DNA of 63,776 nucleotides, filler included, from Asterionella formosa (Eukaryota), in assembly GCA_002256025.1 (NCBI GenBank). It is 8 parts of 8 records of this genome, joined end to end, with 100 filler letters (N's around TTAATTAATTAA, not from the genome) between each part and the next. Parts side by side here need not be neighbours in the genome. Positions count along the whole stretch, not along the records: positions 30,207 to 56,832 come from NKIB01001662.1; 7 more parts are not named here. The stretch is one strand, 5' to 3'. This document shows positions 33,912 through 44,831 of this stretch, one piece after another. Within the stretch, counting starts at the first letter, position 1. Each line of letters starts with the position of its first letter. The translations under genes were made by a program, and so were the position numbers. The notes under the pieces are model-generated. The model had not been told where the DNA came from. It made no database searches and saw nothing but the letters and a program-made list of their open reading frames with translations.

Positions 33912-35456
33912 ATGTCGTCGACGAATGAAGAAACAAGCGACCTGGATGCCTTTTTGGTCTCTGTCGAGGCCAAGCTCCGAGGTCCCTTCTCGTCTCTGGA
34001 TTTGACCAAGGCTGTCAACACCACTGCGCTGCGGGAGTCATCGCCTCGCGAATACTTGGAACAAGTTCTGATGGTGCTTCCTCGAATGGATAAAGTGGTT
34101 CAAGTTAGGGTTTTAATAGGGATGCTAGGTCTGGATCCGTCGGACGAGATAGACGATGTTGTCTACAATATCTTGACAGGGGCGGAAAAGGAACACGAAG
34201 AATGGGTGCGAGCAGTTGCCGGTCTCGTTCGAGGAATCATGTTTGAAGGTGGAGACGGGTCTAGAGATTCATGTAGAGGAGAAGATGCAAAACAGCTGCT
34301 GGCTAAGACATGCAAAGATATCCTCAACAGGGTTTCCGCTCAGGAAATGAACGGCTTAGACTTTGATCCACTTTTTGTCCCATACTATTACTCGCTGCTC
34401 AACCCGGATACTCTGCAAGCAGTCGCCCCTGATACACTCAAAAATACTCACTTTAAATTAAACGAAGAAGCTGAAATTCTAAACGTCGATGAACGCAACG
34501 AAGAACAGAAACTACCAGATGGAGACGAGGCTGCAAGAATTGCTCGGCGCCAACAAGCACCTGTCAATGGGCCGGGGGAATCGTCTTCTGCAAAGCAAGA
34601 TCTACCTACTATGCCAGGTGTAAGAGCGTTATCGAATCCGAAAGCCAAGCCTGTTACTGGATCAACAACGAGTTTGTTTATGCCGAAGAAGCCGGCAGCC
34701 GCCACAGTGATTCGTATGGGAAAGCAATCTATTAATGGGACACTACATACACGAAAAGCTGGAGCTGCGCAAGCGCTCCTGACTAAGTCTCGTCGACCGG
34801 GAGGAGCTTTACCATCTTCGGTGTCACCTAGTGTAGGTGCCACAACGGGTCGAGCGATGAAATATGGGGCGAATCGTAGCAAGATGAAAATGTTAGACGT
34901 TTCGGAAGTGCAGGGCTTAACCAAGGAGCACTTGGAACGGGAATCTGTAGACAACAGAACGATAAGGAAAAGAAAGTTGATGGAGGCAGCAGCGGCAAAA
35001 GGTTTGGTCAAGAAGAAAAAATCAAATGAAAGCGAAGCATCAAAGCCCGAAGAAAAAGCTGAGCCCCCTCCTTCAGATTCAGCACTGAAGCCGGCCTTGG
35101 AGGCGACTGCCGCTGCTGCATTGTTAGCATACCAAAGTCAAAGCAACGCAGTGATGACAAGACTTTCTACATCTGGAAATGCCACAGAATCATCTGTCGA
35201 TGACGCAAACAGTAGCAATTGGGCACAGCTACTTGAGCGCTCAAACAAGCTAGCACCTGACGACAGAGAACGCATCAGACAATTCTTTGTTGACCGTACC
35301 AATCCTACGCCGGACAATTCTATTTACCGCATTAAGTTGCACGAGGAGAGAACTACAGAAAGGGACTCTGGCGTCCAAGTCAAGGAAACGCTTTATCTAG
35401 AGTTAGATTACAATACTTTTGGCTTCAAAAAGCTAAAGAAGACTAAAAAGAAATAA
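33912..35456 (+). CDS. NELFA: Negative elongation factor A (NELF-A)-like protein
   Basis: Colinear matches to animal NELF-A blocks: VQVRVLIGMLGL, EEWVRAVAGLVR, THFKL, MKMLDVSE, and C-terminal SNKLAPDDRERIRQFF...NP...IYRIKLHE...LYLELDYNTFGFKKLKK. Confidence 0.8.
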   Translation: MSSTNEETSDLDAFLVSVEAKLRGPFSSLDLTKAVNTTALRESSPREYLEQVLMVLPRMDKVVQVRVLIGMLGLDPSDEIDDVVYNILTGAEKEHEEWVRAVAGLVRGIMFEGGDGSRDSCRGEDAKQLLAKTCKDILNRVSAQEMNGLDFDPLFVPYYYSLLNPDTLQAVAPDTLKNTHFKLNEEAEILNVDERNEEQKLPDGDEAARIARRQQAPVNGPGESSSAKQDLPTMPGVRALSNPKAKPVTGSTTSLFMPKKPAAATVIRMGKQSINGTLHTRKAGAAQALLTKSRRPGGALPSSVSPSVGATTGRAMKYGANRSKMKMLDVSEVQGLTKEHLERESVDNRTIRKRKLMEAAAAKGLVKKKKSNESEASKPEEKAEPPPSDSALKPALEATAAAALLAYQSQSNAVMTRLSTSGNATESSVDDANSSNWAQLLERSNKLAPDDRERIRQFFVDRTNPTPDNSIYRIKLHEERTTERDSGVQVKETLYLELDYNTFGFKKLKKTKKK

Positions 35457-35474
35457 GGGGCAGATGAAACGCCG

Positions 35475-37271
35475 TCATATTGTTTCATCGTCACCTTCAA
35501 ATAATTTCACAAGACTCTTCTTATTGACCTTCCCCATTGCGTTCTTTGGAATCTCTTTAACGACGCGCAGTTTGGAGGGTACCTTGTATTTTGCCATTCG
35601 GGTCTCACACCAGTGTCTCAATGACTCAAGTGTCATTCGTGAACTCCCAACTTTTAGTCTACAAAGCATTCCAACTCGTTCACCCCAGGTTTCATCAGCA
35701 ACCCCAACGATCGCAACTTCAGCGACATCAGGGTGTTCCAAAATCTCTCGTTCGATGTCCAATGCGGAAAGCTTGTATCCGCCAACTTTGAGAATGTCAG
35801 TAGATTGGCGACCTAAAATCCGGTAGGAGGAAATTTCGTCATTGAACTCTGCTACGTCTCCGGTTTGGAAAAACCCATCAACGTCGAATGCTTCTCGCGT
35901 AGCCTCTGGCCGGTTGAGATATTTTTGAAACATAATTGGTCCCTTTACTTGTAGATTTCCGCTGCGATTTGCTTCCAAAATGATAGCGCCGGTCTCGTCG
36001 TCGACCAACCGAACGGACGCAGAGGGGAGTGGCAAGCCAACATGCCCAGGATGTCGTTCCGTAACAGGTTTGTATGGATTTGAAAGCGCCATGGCAAATT
36101 CAGTCATTCCATAGCGTTCTAGAAGTGTATGCCCAGTAAGTTCTCGCCATCTCTCCAACACAGAAACAGGAAGAGCTGCAGATCCAGATACCATCAGGCG
36201 CATGGGTTTCAACGTAGACCCGACAGCTGCTCGAACTGTTGCCTCTGGCAAATTCTCAGCCGTTTCCAAGAGTTTGGCGAAGATCGTGGGAACAGCCATA
36301 AAAACCGTTTGTCTGGGAGAAAGTTCGCTGACACTAGCCCATGTCGACCACAAATTAATTGCGTCAAAGGGCTGAAAATCTAACCGAGCTCCACAGTAGG
36401 CAGCACAGCTCAAAATGTTGATGACCCCATGGACATGATGAAGTGGCAGTACATGTAGTGCAACATCATCACACTTCCATTGCCAAGAGTCGACTAAATC
36501 TGTTACTTGATGGAAGATTCCTCGGTGGGTCGACACCACACCCTTTGGTTTCCCAGTCGTCCCCGATGTATACATGACTAAAGCTGGCGAATCCAAGTCA
36601 GCGTTTCCAGCACCTAATTCAAAATATTCGTCCGTGTCTGCATTTGCTTTATGGGAGAATAAATCTTCAAGCCTCAATATCCGCCCCTGCATTCCCAGAT
36701 TATCAGCAGCTTTTAGAAGCATATCTTGATTCGGAGGCCGTTGAGTTGCCGAAGGAAATCCCTCCAGTGCTGTTCCGCCTCCCAGAAGGATAACTTCGGG
36801 TTGCGAATCAAACAAGACATGCTCTATTTCCGGAACTTTCTGAGATATTGCAAGCGGTACACACGCATGCCCAGCAGCCCAAGAACCCCATAAGGACGAT
36901 ATATACTCCCAGCCAGGAACACACAGCTGGGCCACGTGGCCCCTTTCTTGGCTATAGCTGGGTCTGGACAGTTCTTGTTTGATAAGGGACGCTCGACTGA
37001 GTACTTGTTGATAAGACACGATGTTTCGATTCCCATCTTCGTAAGGCCAACCATTTAGCAAAATGCGGTTGTTTTTGGCATGTTGAGCTGCTCGGTAAAG
37101 CAAAGGTAAACCTAGCTCACGGACGTGATCCGCTGAGGGGGGAATGGATGCATCGGGGAACCTCCACCCTACACTAGATGATTGGCCATGAGCATACCTT
37201 ACTCTGTGAGGCCGTCCATATATCTTCCTAGCAATCCAGCGAACCTGTTCATTTCGCCGTCGAAGGGGCAT
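35475..37271 (-). CDS. ACSF3: ACSF3/MatB-like (malonyl-CoA synthetase-type) acyl-CoA ligase
   Basis: YTSGTTGKPKG, HVLPLHHVHG, FMAVPTI, RLMVSGSAALP, GHTLLERYGMTE, GRQSTDILKVGGYKLSAL, PKNAMGKVNKK. Confidence 0.9.
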   Translation of the reverse strand: MPLRRRNEQVRWIARKIYGRPHRVRYAHGQSSSVGWRFPDASIPPSADHVRELGLPLLYRAAQHAKNNRILLNGWPYEDGNRNIVSYQQVLSRASLIKQELSRPSYSQERGHVAQLCVPGWEYISSLWGSWAAGHACVPLAISQKVPEIEHVLFDSQPEVILLGGGTALEGFPSATQRPPNQDMLLKAADNLGMQGRILRLEDLFSHKANADTDEYFELGAGNADLDSPALVMYTSGTTGKPKGVVSTHRGIFHQVTDLVDSWQWKCDDVALHVLPLHHVHGVINILSCAAYCGARLDFQPFDAINLWSTWASVSELSPRQTVFMAVPTIFAKLLETAENLPEATVRAAVGSTLKPMRLMVSGSAALPVSVLERWRELTGHTLLERYGMTEFAMALSNPYKPVTERHPGHVGLPLPSASVRLVDDETGAIILEANRSGNLQVKGPIMFQKYLNRPEATREAFDVDGFFQTGDVAEFNDEISSYRILGRQSTDILKVGGYKLSALDIEREILEHPDVAEVAIVGVADETWGERVGMLCRLKVGSSRMTLESLRHWCETRMAKYKVPSKLRVVKEIPKNAMGKVNKKSLVKLFEGDDETI

Positions 37272-37462
37272 GTTCGGTTGAAAGTGGCTCCATGGGGCAG
37301 TACATGGTGATGCCGGTAGACTACGGTAGTTTAATTGATTAATAGGATTACATCACCCTGGTACACGGAATACATAAAAATATTTTATACCCGTACGGCA
37401 GAAATAACAAGAAATTCCTATATATACAGTACATAAGAATATAGACATCAGACCGGTACCAG

Positions 37463-37550
37463 CAAGTTGGGGTAATTTTGCTGAACTAAAGATTTAGCTA
37501 TCTTTATCCAAGATTAAAATGTTAGGTTTAAGCAAAATGACCGCAACTTG
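37463..37550 (-). mobile_element. Short MITE, copy 2 (88 bp)
   Basis: TIRs CAAGTTGGGGTAATTTTGCT / AGCAAAATGACCGCAACTTG, with CAG on both sides. Confidence 0.9.
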
Positions 37551-37682
37551 CAGATAGTCATCGTACCTGGTTACCAGGTCGCATGCAAATGCCGGTACCG
37601 GTTAGTGTTGTTATGATGATAAAACATGATATCATTTCTTCATTTACTGGTGGTATAATTAACAAGAGCAATTAAGATCGAA

Positions 37683-38006
37683 ATGGAATTATTGCAAGAA
37701 CCAAGTGACTATGACGAAATGAATGACGATGAGGAAGGACTCCTGATCATGATGAATACCGATAATGCTCCGCCACGATCCAATAAGCCCTCACGCGATT
37801 GGAATGACAAGGCGATTGTAGAATGCCTCCAATTGAGTTTGACCACAGAAGCTCACGTCAAGGAATGGAAAGCACCCAATCCTATGTATGATGCTTCCCA
37901 GAAGTGGATACCAGCACGACTGGAGATTCCAACATGGTTGACGCACGGAGGTGAGGATACGAAAACAGCTTCACAACGGAGCAATGAGGAAGTAGCCGCC
38001 ACATAG
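37683..38006 (+). CDS. Small acidic protein with an SMN N-terminal (Gemin2-binding)-like motif
   Basis: RDWNDKAIVECLQLSL resembles SMN DIWDDTALIKAYDKAV. No Tudor domain or YG box is visible. Confidence 0.5.
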   Translation: MELLQEPSDYDEMNDDEEGLLIMMNTDNAPPRSNKPSRDWNDKAIVECLQLSLTTEAHVKEWKAPNPMYDASQKWIPARLEIPTWLTHGGEDTKTASQRSNEEVAAT

Positions 38007-38220
38007 AGCAAATGCTTGTCATTTCTGTGGGACAAGAACGTCCTCAGCTCATCCAATTTGACAGCACCAGAGGTAGCCAAAGAAGTGGACAATCCAAAAA
38101 GGATCGAGGTTTTTGATACTCGGCAATACGAGTATTGCGATCGTGATGTATTCGTACTACTAAATGTGTCATACTTATTAGCTACTGAAATTACCGCCAA
38201 CACATGAATCGTTTTCCGCT

Positions 38221-40521
38221 CTACTCGTTGCAGCTGGTCAATGTCATCATGGCTGCATTGTTGAAGGCTTCCTGGTCGAGTTCGGTACTGGTATATTTTT
38301 CAATTTGTTGTGGAGTCAGGTTTATGTTGAATAGATTCGTCATACCGTCACGAAATTCTTCAGCAGAGATGAGACCGTTTTCATTCGTGTCGAACTTCTT
38401 GAAAAGTTCGACAGGATCCCAGTCACGCATGTCCATTTGCCGGCTCAACTTGGCACGTTTAAATGCATGGCCTGCATATCGCTTGACACTCCGATAGTAC
38501 TCTTTCTCGATGGCAGCAACTTCAGTTCCGTACTTTTCCTCTAGGCCCTTCCGCAAGTCAAACCCGTCATAATTGACGACCATATTGATCAAACCTTTTT
38601 CCTTCACCAGGGGATCTAGGATTCGTCGAAGGCCGTTGCTGAACCACAAGATGTCATCGACGCTTTTAATGGTGATACCGAATAGGTCAAGGAAAGCCAT
38701 ATGATCTTTGGAGTGATACGTCACTCTTTCGTCAAGGCTCCCAAAAAACTCAGAAAGTAGGTTCATTGTGTGTTCAACAAAAATTCGGGAGTCCATTGTT
38801 TTCAAATTGGGATTGATCTCTGGTATGAAGTCCATTTGGTCCAAAACATCCTTCTGAAAATCAATTCCTGGCGCAATCTCAATAAGTTCCAGAACTTCGT
38901 GGCTGGCAGTACGACGGAAGACAGCTCGTTCGGTAACATAAAGAACTGTTTGCCCCCTTTTCACCGCATTATCACCACTGAAAGTCTTTTCAAGGACATT
39001 GTTGACAAACTTCCTAATCTTTCCTTCTTTCTTAACCTGTATCGTTCCATTCCCTGGAAGAACTGTCTCGAGTCCGTTCGACGTCATCGAGACCATGAAG
39101 ATTATGTTCTTCGTGCTTTGCGAGATATCGATGAATCCTCCAGGACCTGTCAATCTATCCATTGACATTCGTGACACATTGACATCTCCGTTTCGACCGA
39201 TCTCGGCTGCTCCAAGGAAGGCCGTGTGAAGCCCTCCACCATCGTAAAAGTCAAACATTTGATTCAATTCGAAATACGCCGACCCATTTAAAGTCGGACC
39301 GAAATTTTGGCCTGAACATGGAATTCCTCCGAAGGTACCTGGTTCAGTTGTTAATGTCACAAAGTCAAGCATTCCCTCCTCCGCGGAAACAGCTGCAAGC
39401 CCTTCCGGCATACCAATGCCAATGTTTACAACTGTGTTTGGTTTGAGTTCGTAGAAAGCTCGTCGCGCGATAACCTTTCGGGTTGTTAGCCTCATTTCAT
39501 CAAAATTTTCATATGGAGGGGATCTCACTTCTCCAGTTAGGGCGGGGTCGTATCTCTCAGCATAACTCATAGGGTGCAGTGTATTGTGATCTGCAGTATC
39601 TACAACCACAACGCAGTCAACCAAAGGGCCAGGAATTGCAACGGATCTCGATGGAATCGATCCATTTGCTGCCAACCGTTTCACCTGTGCAATGACAACT
39701 CCACCAGAATTTTTGGCAGCAGCTGCGGTGATCAAAGAGTCGCACTTTAGAGATTCTTGCTCGATAGATATGTTTCCCTGGGAATCCGCAGAAGTACCGC
39801 GAATGATGGCAACTTGAATAGGGAGGGCCTTGTACATCAATTGATCTTGACCGTCAATTGACAATCGGGTAATCAGTTTCTGATGCAATGGACTATCCTT
39901 CGCCTTTTGGTTAACGGCTCCACCTGAAAAGTTGGGGTCGACATATGTCCCTATACCAATAGTAGTTATGTGCCCAGGTGAATGAGTCGCTTGAGCTCGA
40001 ATCATTCGTGATACTGATCCCATAGGCAGGGTCCATGCCTCGACGTGATCATCGAGCGCAAGCTGTGCCACCTCAGGTACTTGGCCATAGTGTGCTCCAA
40101 TTGTCCGTTTGAGCATTGGAGGGGAGCTTTCGTCGCCATTCTCGGGCTTTCTTCTCGCGAGATGGTTCAAGCCTTTGCTATCCTTATCACCGGGACCGAC
40201 ACCGAAGAAAAGGGTGAGGTTACTAGGAGAACCTGTGCTTGCGTAGCGATCCCCGAGTGCCTTAAGGATAGCCTCTGGAGCACCTTGCCCAAAAAAACCT
40301 GACACACTAACGGTGTCACCGCTTTGGATCAAGTTCACCGCGTCGGTCGCGCTGACCACTTTTTGGAGACTTCGTTGAGGTATCGCGAAGTTAGACAGTG
40401 TCGGGTCGTCGGCGAATGAGGAAAGTAGACGTGTTGTTGTTGGAGACTGCGTACGCCATACCGTGAGCGGTATGAACCCACGAGCCGCTGAGAATCTAAC
40501 TAGAACTGCTCTTAGTAACAT
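38221..40521 (-). CDS. Acetate/propionate CoA-transferase (YdiF/Pct family) with a C-terminal extension and EF-hand; mitochondrial-type presequence
   Basis: SGFFGQGAPE, GIGTYVDP, IIRGTSADSQGNIS, VNIGIGMPEG, TTEPG (catalytic Glu), FDFYDGGGL, GPGGFIDISQ. EF loop DTNENGLISAEE. Confidence 0.9.
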   Translation of the reverse strand: MLLRAVLVRFSAARGFIPLTVWRTQSPTTTRLLSSFADDPTLSNFAIPQRSLQKVVSATDAVNLIQSGDTVSVSGFFGQGAPEAILKALGDRYASTGSPSNLTLFFGVGPGDKDSKGLNHLARRKPENGDESSPPMLKRTIGAHYGQVPEVAQLALDDHVEAWTLPMGSVSRMIRAQATHSPGHITTIGIGTYVDPNFSGGAVNQKAKDSPLHQKLITRLSIDGQDQLMYKALPIQVAIIRGTSADSQGNISIEQESLKCDSLITAAAAKNSGGVVIAQVKRLAANGSIPSRSVAIPGPLVDCVVVVDTADHNTLHPMSYAERYDPALTGEVRSPPYENFDEMRLTTRKVIARRAFYELKPNTVVNIGIGMPEGLAAVSAEEGMLDFVTLTTEPGTFGGIPCSGQNFGPTLNGSAYFELNQMFDFYDGGGLHTAFLGAAEIGRNGDVNVSRMSMDRLTGPGGFIDISQSTKNIIFMVSMTSNGLETVLPGNGTIQVKKEGKIRKFVNNVLEKTFSGDNAVKRGQTVLYVTERAVFRRTASHEVLELIEIAPGIDFQKDVLDQMDFIPEINPNLKTMDSRIFVEHTMNLLSEFFGSLDERVTYHSKDHMAFLDLFGITIKSVDDILWFSNGLRRILDPLVKEKGLINMVVNYDGFDLRKGLEEKYGTEVAAIEKEYYRSVKRYAGHAFKRAKLSRQMDMRDWDPVELFKKFDTNENGLISAEEFRDGMTNLFNINLTPQQIEKYTSTELDQEAFNNAAMMTLTSCNE

Positions 40522-40749
40522 TTGAAGTGTTCTTCCTCCTTATTCTCGTTTCACTTTTATGAGCCATAACAATACGATACCTGGTACCTGGTACATAAGC
40601 AAATATTACACATCAAGCACGACCCTAATTGTTCATTTGTATGTTTTTCTCCGTCAATCCATTTATAATAGAGTAATAAAACTATGTTTATTGGACGTCG
40701 CTCATTTGGATGACTAATACTCATGTACATATATTTCTAAATACCTTCA

Positions 40750-41777
40750 TGTACAGAAATGTTTACCGATAGATGAATACAGGGTTAAGTAAACTTTGCA
40801 GGCTTCTCGTTTTTCACAAATGGACAGCATTGCTTCATTCCATATAAATAGGCTTCTCGTTTCGTTCAAGAGGTTCCTTCGCGTGTGTTGCTTTGCATAG
40901 TAGCACGCACCCTTCCACGACCACTTGGAGTAAAATTGTCTTGAAAAGCCTGACAACTGACATGCTCGTTTCTTGATAAATCACACAATTGCCTTCAGCG
41001 AAGCGAAGACAGTTTGATCAGTAGTCTGAAAAGTGTTCTTGTGAAGGTGCTTGTTTCAGTTTTTAAATGATTGTTGACTCTCGAAATAAGCAAAAACCGA
41101 GCGAATTGATTGGTCCAAAGTCTTTGCATGATTCAATTCAAACTCTTGAGTTGCCACTCATTGGGCATAGACCAGATAATGATAATACATGTATCTTCTT
41201 TCGACAATCCCATTTGATCCTCGGGTTGAGGCTTTAGTTGTAGTAGCCTGTTTAAAGTTTCAAGGCGGGCTCCAAAGTCCATTACCACATCTGAAATGGT
41301 TTAGATGATAGATAGTGAAGCATCCACTAACTTTGACATTGAAAGCTATCATTTGGAAGATGATAGTCAAGCCACAAAACCATTGCTTCATCGAAACTGT
41401 CAAAAGATTGATCTTCTAGAAGCACTTCCACATTTAACCAATCTGGTAAGGCAATATCGGTCAAACACCGCCCTTCTGAAGTATGAAAAGATATCTGCAG
41501 GGCTAAAAGCACATGTGTTAACCATATCACGAAATTGACTCACTCCAATCAACAACGCCTCCACAGAGCTTCTACCAATGACATCTTGTTCGAATGATTC
41601 AAACCTTCCACCAGTCAAAGCAACTCGAAATGTCTTAGTTTTAATGGTCAATACGTTGTAACCCTTAATAAAGGAGATGACAGAAACCCTTGAAGAAATT
41701 GCCATGTTTGTTCTAATTAGACTATTTTTGAATTCAAATTGAAGTATCTAACTAGAAGTATTAGTATTTGTTGAATA
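40750..41777 (-). mobile_element. Degenerate gypsy-like fragment: end of 5' LTR plus a decayed gag
   Basis: The reverse complement of 41740-41777 matches 63350-63387 at 37/38. It is followed by ATG 41705 and fragmented gag-like frames (DFGARLETLNRLL...SMPNEWQ). Confidence 0.6.
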
Positions 41778-42892
41778 GTAGCTAGGCAATCAAATCTTAA
41801 AATACGCTTTCATTGAAACTCAAATCTAATGGAGTACTTGGAGTCGCACTAGCAGGGCCCATATGGGCCCCAAGGGAATGACGAGTGAAGGGTGAGTCCA
41901 TTGAGGAACTCGTAGGGGTTGCAATTTGGAGGTAAAACAACTGTAGGGATTGTGAGCTACTAGGGCAGCAAGGAGCCCATTCTGGGGTTCTTAGAGGGTT
42001 TGGAGTCATGTGTAGAAAAGTAGAGGGAAATGCGAGCAGATAATCAATGAACAGGTAGCAAATATGAAAACTGCACAACCATTTTGAGAGAGTTATTTTG
42101 AAAAGAGAATCTTGGAGTTGGTAGAATCAATATGAGGAGTGTAGTACTAGCTCGATGAAGAGCAAGAGAGAAGGGTCTTGGAGGACAAAAACAATATTTT
42201 GGCAAACTGTATTACATTTCGGTTAATTTGAATTGAGAAGACTGGCAGGCGATTGCCAGAATGAAGCAAATGTAGTAGGCAGAACAAGGTTGGAGCACAT
42301 CCCTGGCATTCATGTCCAGAAGTCAAGCTTTGATTTCTTGTTTGCGCGTTTGGGCGCTTTCTTTTGTGGAGTGTCAACAGGAGCAAGCGGTTATTGTTGT
42401 CCATAGGAGGGTTGCTCGGAGGGGCAGCAGCAGCACATGCTGCCTTGTCCGAAGACACCATGGTGGGGGCGGACAATTCAGCAGCAGCATGTAGGGAGGG
42501 CCGTACTAGGGCCAGTACTACTACTAGTGTAAAGGGTGTATGATAACCAGAAAGGTGCAAGTTGTATTGTTCAAAAAGCAGTATTTGTTGAATATGTAAG
42601 CTAAATAGTTATTCATTTTATGCAACTCATTCTCCTAGGTTGACAAAAAAAATTATTTTAACATCGCCCAGTAGCTACTAGCACGGAGGAGTATATACCG
42701 GTAATATTTTTCAGGAGACAAAACTCCCCAGCATTTTTTAATATTTACCGCCACCATGATGCAGCAGACGTGCATGATGTCTGGTGCATCATGGGTGCGT
42801 CGCAAGAAGACTCTACTTACAGACACGAAATCATCAGCGACAATAACCCAGGGGAAGAAACGAAACTTACTCGCTTCATAATCGAAGTTGAT

Positions 42893-43602
42893 ATGGTTTT
42901 TTACTTCAAGACACGATGTGGTGGCTACACTATCTACATGGGAAAGGACAAGTATGAAAACGAAGATCTGATCAAGTATGGGCTGGAATCAGATGTTTGG
43001 TTTCACGTCGACGATCTATCGTCAGCTCACGTTTATCTTCGACTCAAGCCTGGCGAAACAATGGATGATATCTCTGAGGCGGCACTATTAGATTGCGCTT
43101 CGTTGGTGAAGGCGAATAGTATCGCAGGGTGCAAGGTATGTTTCTTTTCATTCCCTCCTCTACGGACTTCTTCCCATAAGCACTCACCTCAGTCGCTTAG
43201 ATGAACTCTGTTTACGTGGTGTACACGCGGTGGAAGAACTTGAAAAAGACATCCCAGATGGTCGATGGCCAAGTTGGATTTCATAGACCGGACAACGTTC
43301 GTCGTATGGAGGTTGAAAAGAATAATACGATTGTGAATGCGTTGAATAAAACAAAGGAAGAGAGCCACCCTAACCTATTCAAGCAGCAACAAGATGCGAT
43401 ACGAGAAGCACTAGAGCGAAAGAAAGCTGAGCGGCGATTTGAGGAAAAGGCGAAGAAGATTGCTGCCTTGGAAGAAAAGCAAAAACAGGATGAACTTAGT
43501 TACGATAGGATCATGAACACCAGCAACATGAAAAGTGCGTCAGAAATGGGCGGAACAGCAGACGAATCAGCAGCAGAGGCATATGAAGACGATTTCTTCT
43601 AA
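42893..43602 (+). CDS. CCDC25: CCDC25 (NFACT-R domain protein); exons 42893-43135 and 43201-43602
   Basis: [67 protein letters not shown]-terminal EDDFF. 65-bp GT-AG intron. Confidence 0.95.
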
Positions 43603-43769
43603 TCCAAGAAACGCTATTCAAATTAGAGGAGCTATTCAAATTTGAAATATCATCATACCTGATACCGTTGTTCAGGAAAACAAGTCATAATCTTTTGTTT
43701 CGGAGTTCAATTCTTGGACTACAGGTACGCGTAGGCGCTCGAATTGCCTCTTGATCATATTTTAGTATG

Positions 43770-44084
43770 TTATACCATTTCGGCGTCGTCGCAAAAAAGT
43801 CTTTTCATGCACATACGGCATTTCTTGGGATTATTTTGCTTTTGACGAGGAAATGCACACGCAGGTTTGCGATCTCCGCAACCAGTGCATGTTCGACGAC
43901 GACCAATGTTGTTCTCGGTGATGAACGAACACAAGCGGCAAGTAGGCTTGGTTCGCCGCAAAGGATAACGGGGGAAATCTGTTTTCGTCTTGTCTATTCC
44001 ACACAAATTGCAAGTAATTCGATCGTTCTTGTTCCTGTGGTACTTGAAACGTTGCTCGACGAGGTTACCCGACAACACCAACAT
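43770..44084 (-). CDS. Small Cys-rich zinc-finger protein (Stc1-like CxxC repeats); start uncertain
   Basis: Two units of C..C...K....F.....C..C. Confidence 0.5.
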   Translation of the reverse strand: MLVLSGNLVEQRFKYHRNKNDRITCNLCGIDKTKTDFPRYPLRRTKPTCRLCSFITENNIGRRRTCTGCGDRKPACAFPRQKQNNPKKCRMCMKRLFCDDAEMV

Positions 44085-44831
44085 TTTGAAGTGATGAGAT
44101 TGATCAGTGCTTGAATTGTGAGCCGAGATTATGGGCTCCCTACCTGTATTTGGTCGAGCTAATATCCGATAGGGAATCTTGGTAGGAATAGCCAGAAAAC
44201 TTGAAAACGTGCAGTCCTGGGATAGATCACGATTGAGAGTTTAAATACCTGGGCATCCATGACATGCAAATTTTGCCGATCCTCATAAAGTGATCCCGGC
44301 ATGGCTGATTGTTTTTCGCTGGGAGTTTTGAAATAACTTACCATACGGGTTTACCCAAGAAAATTGTCAGAAACGGCTATATAACGGTAAACTCTTTTGT
44401 GTACATCATGCCAGTACCGGTACCCTGGTACCAGTACCACAGCAGCTCCTGGTACCTGGTACCAGGTACCAGGTAATTGACGAGGGATTCATTAGATTCT
44501 GTCGACCTCGGAGCGCAATCGCAACTAGGGCAACAATCGCTCATTCGTCGTCCTTGTCCGCTATCATTTTAATTTCATGATAGCGGTACATGAAGGATGA
44601 TCAAAAACAATCATATATACCTCTATATATCTTATGGCTGTATATATGATAAATATGCATGATATTTCTATTTTACCGGGATTTTTTTCAGTACTCCGGA
44701 AAAGTACTTAGAGTTGTAGCGGAATTTGGAAGGAGTGAATCATTTCCATTTGATTACCGGTACCCGGTATTACATTTTACCATGGCTATTCGATATTGCT
44801 GCTTGTCATAGCGACGAACATCTACACATAA

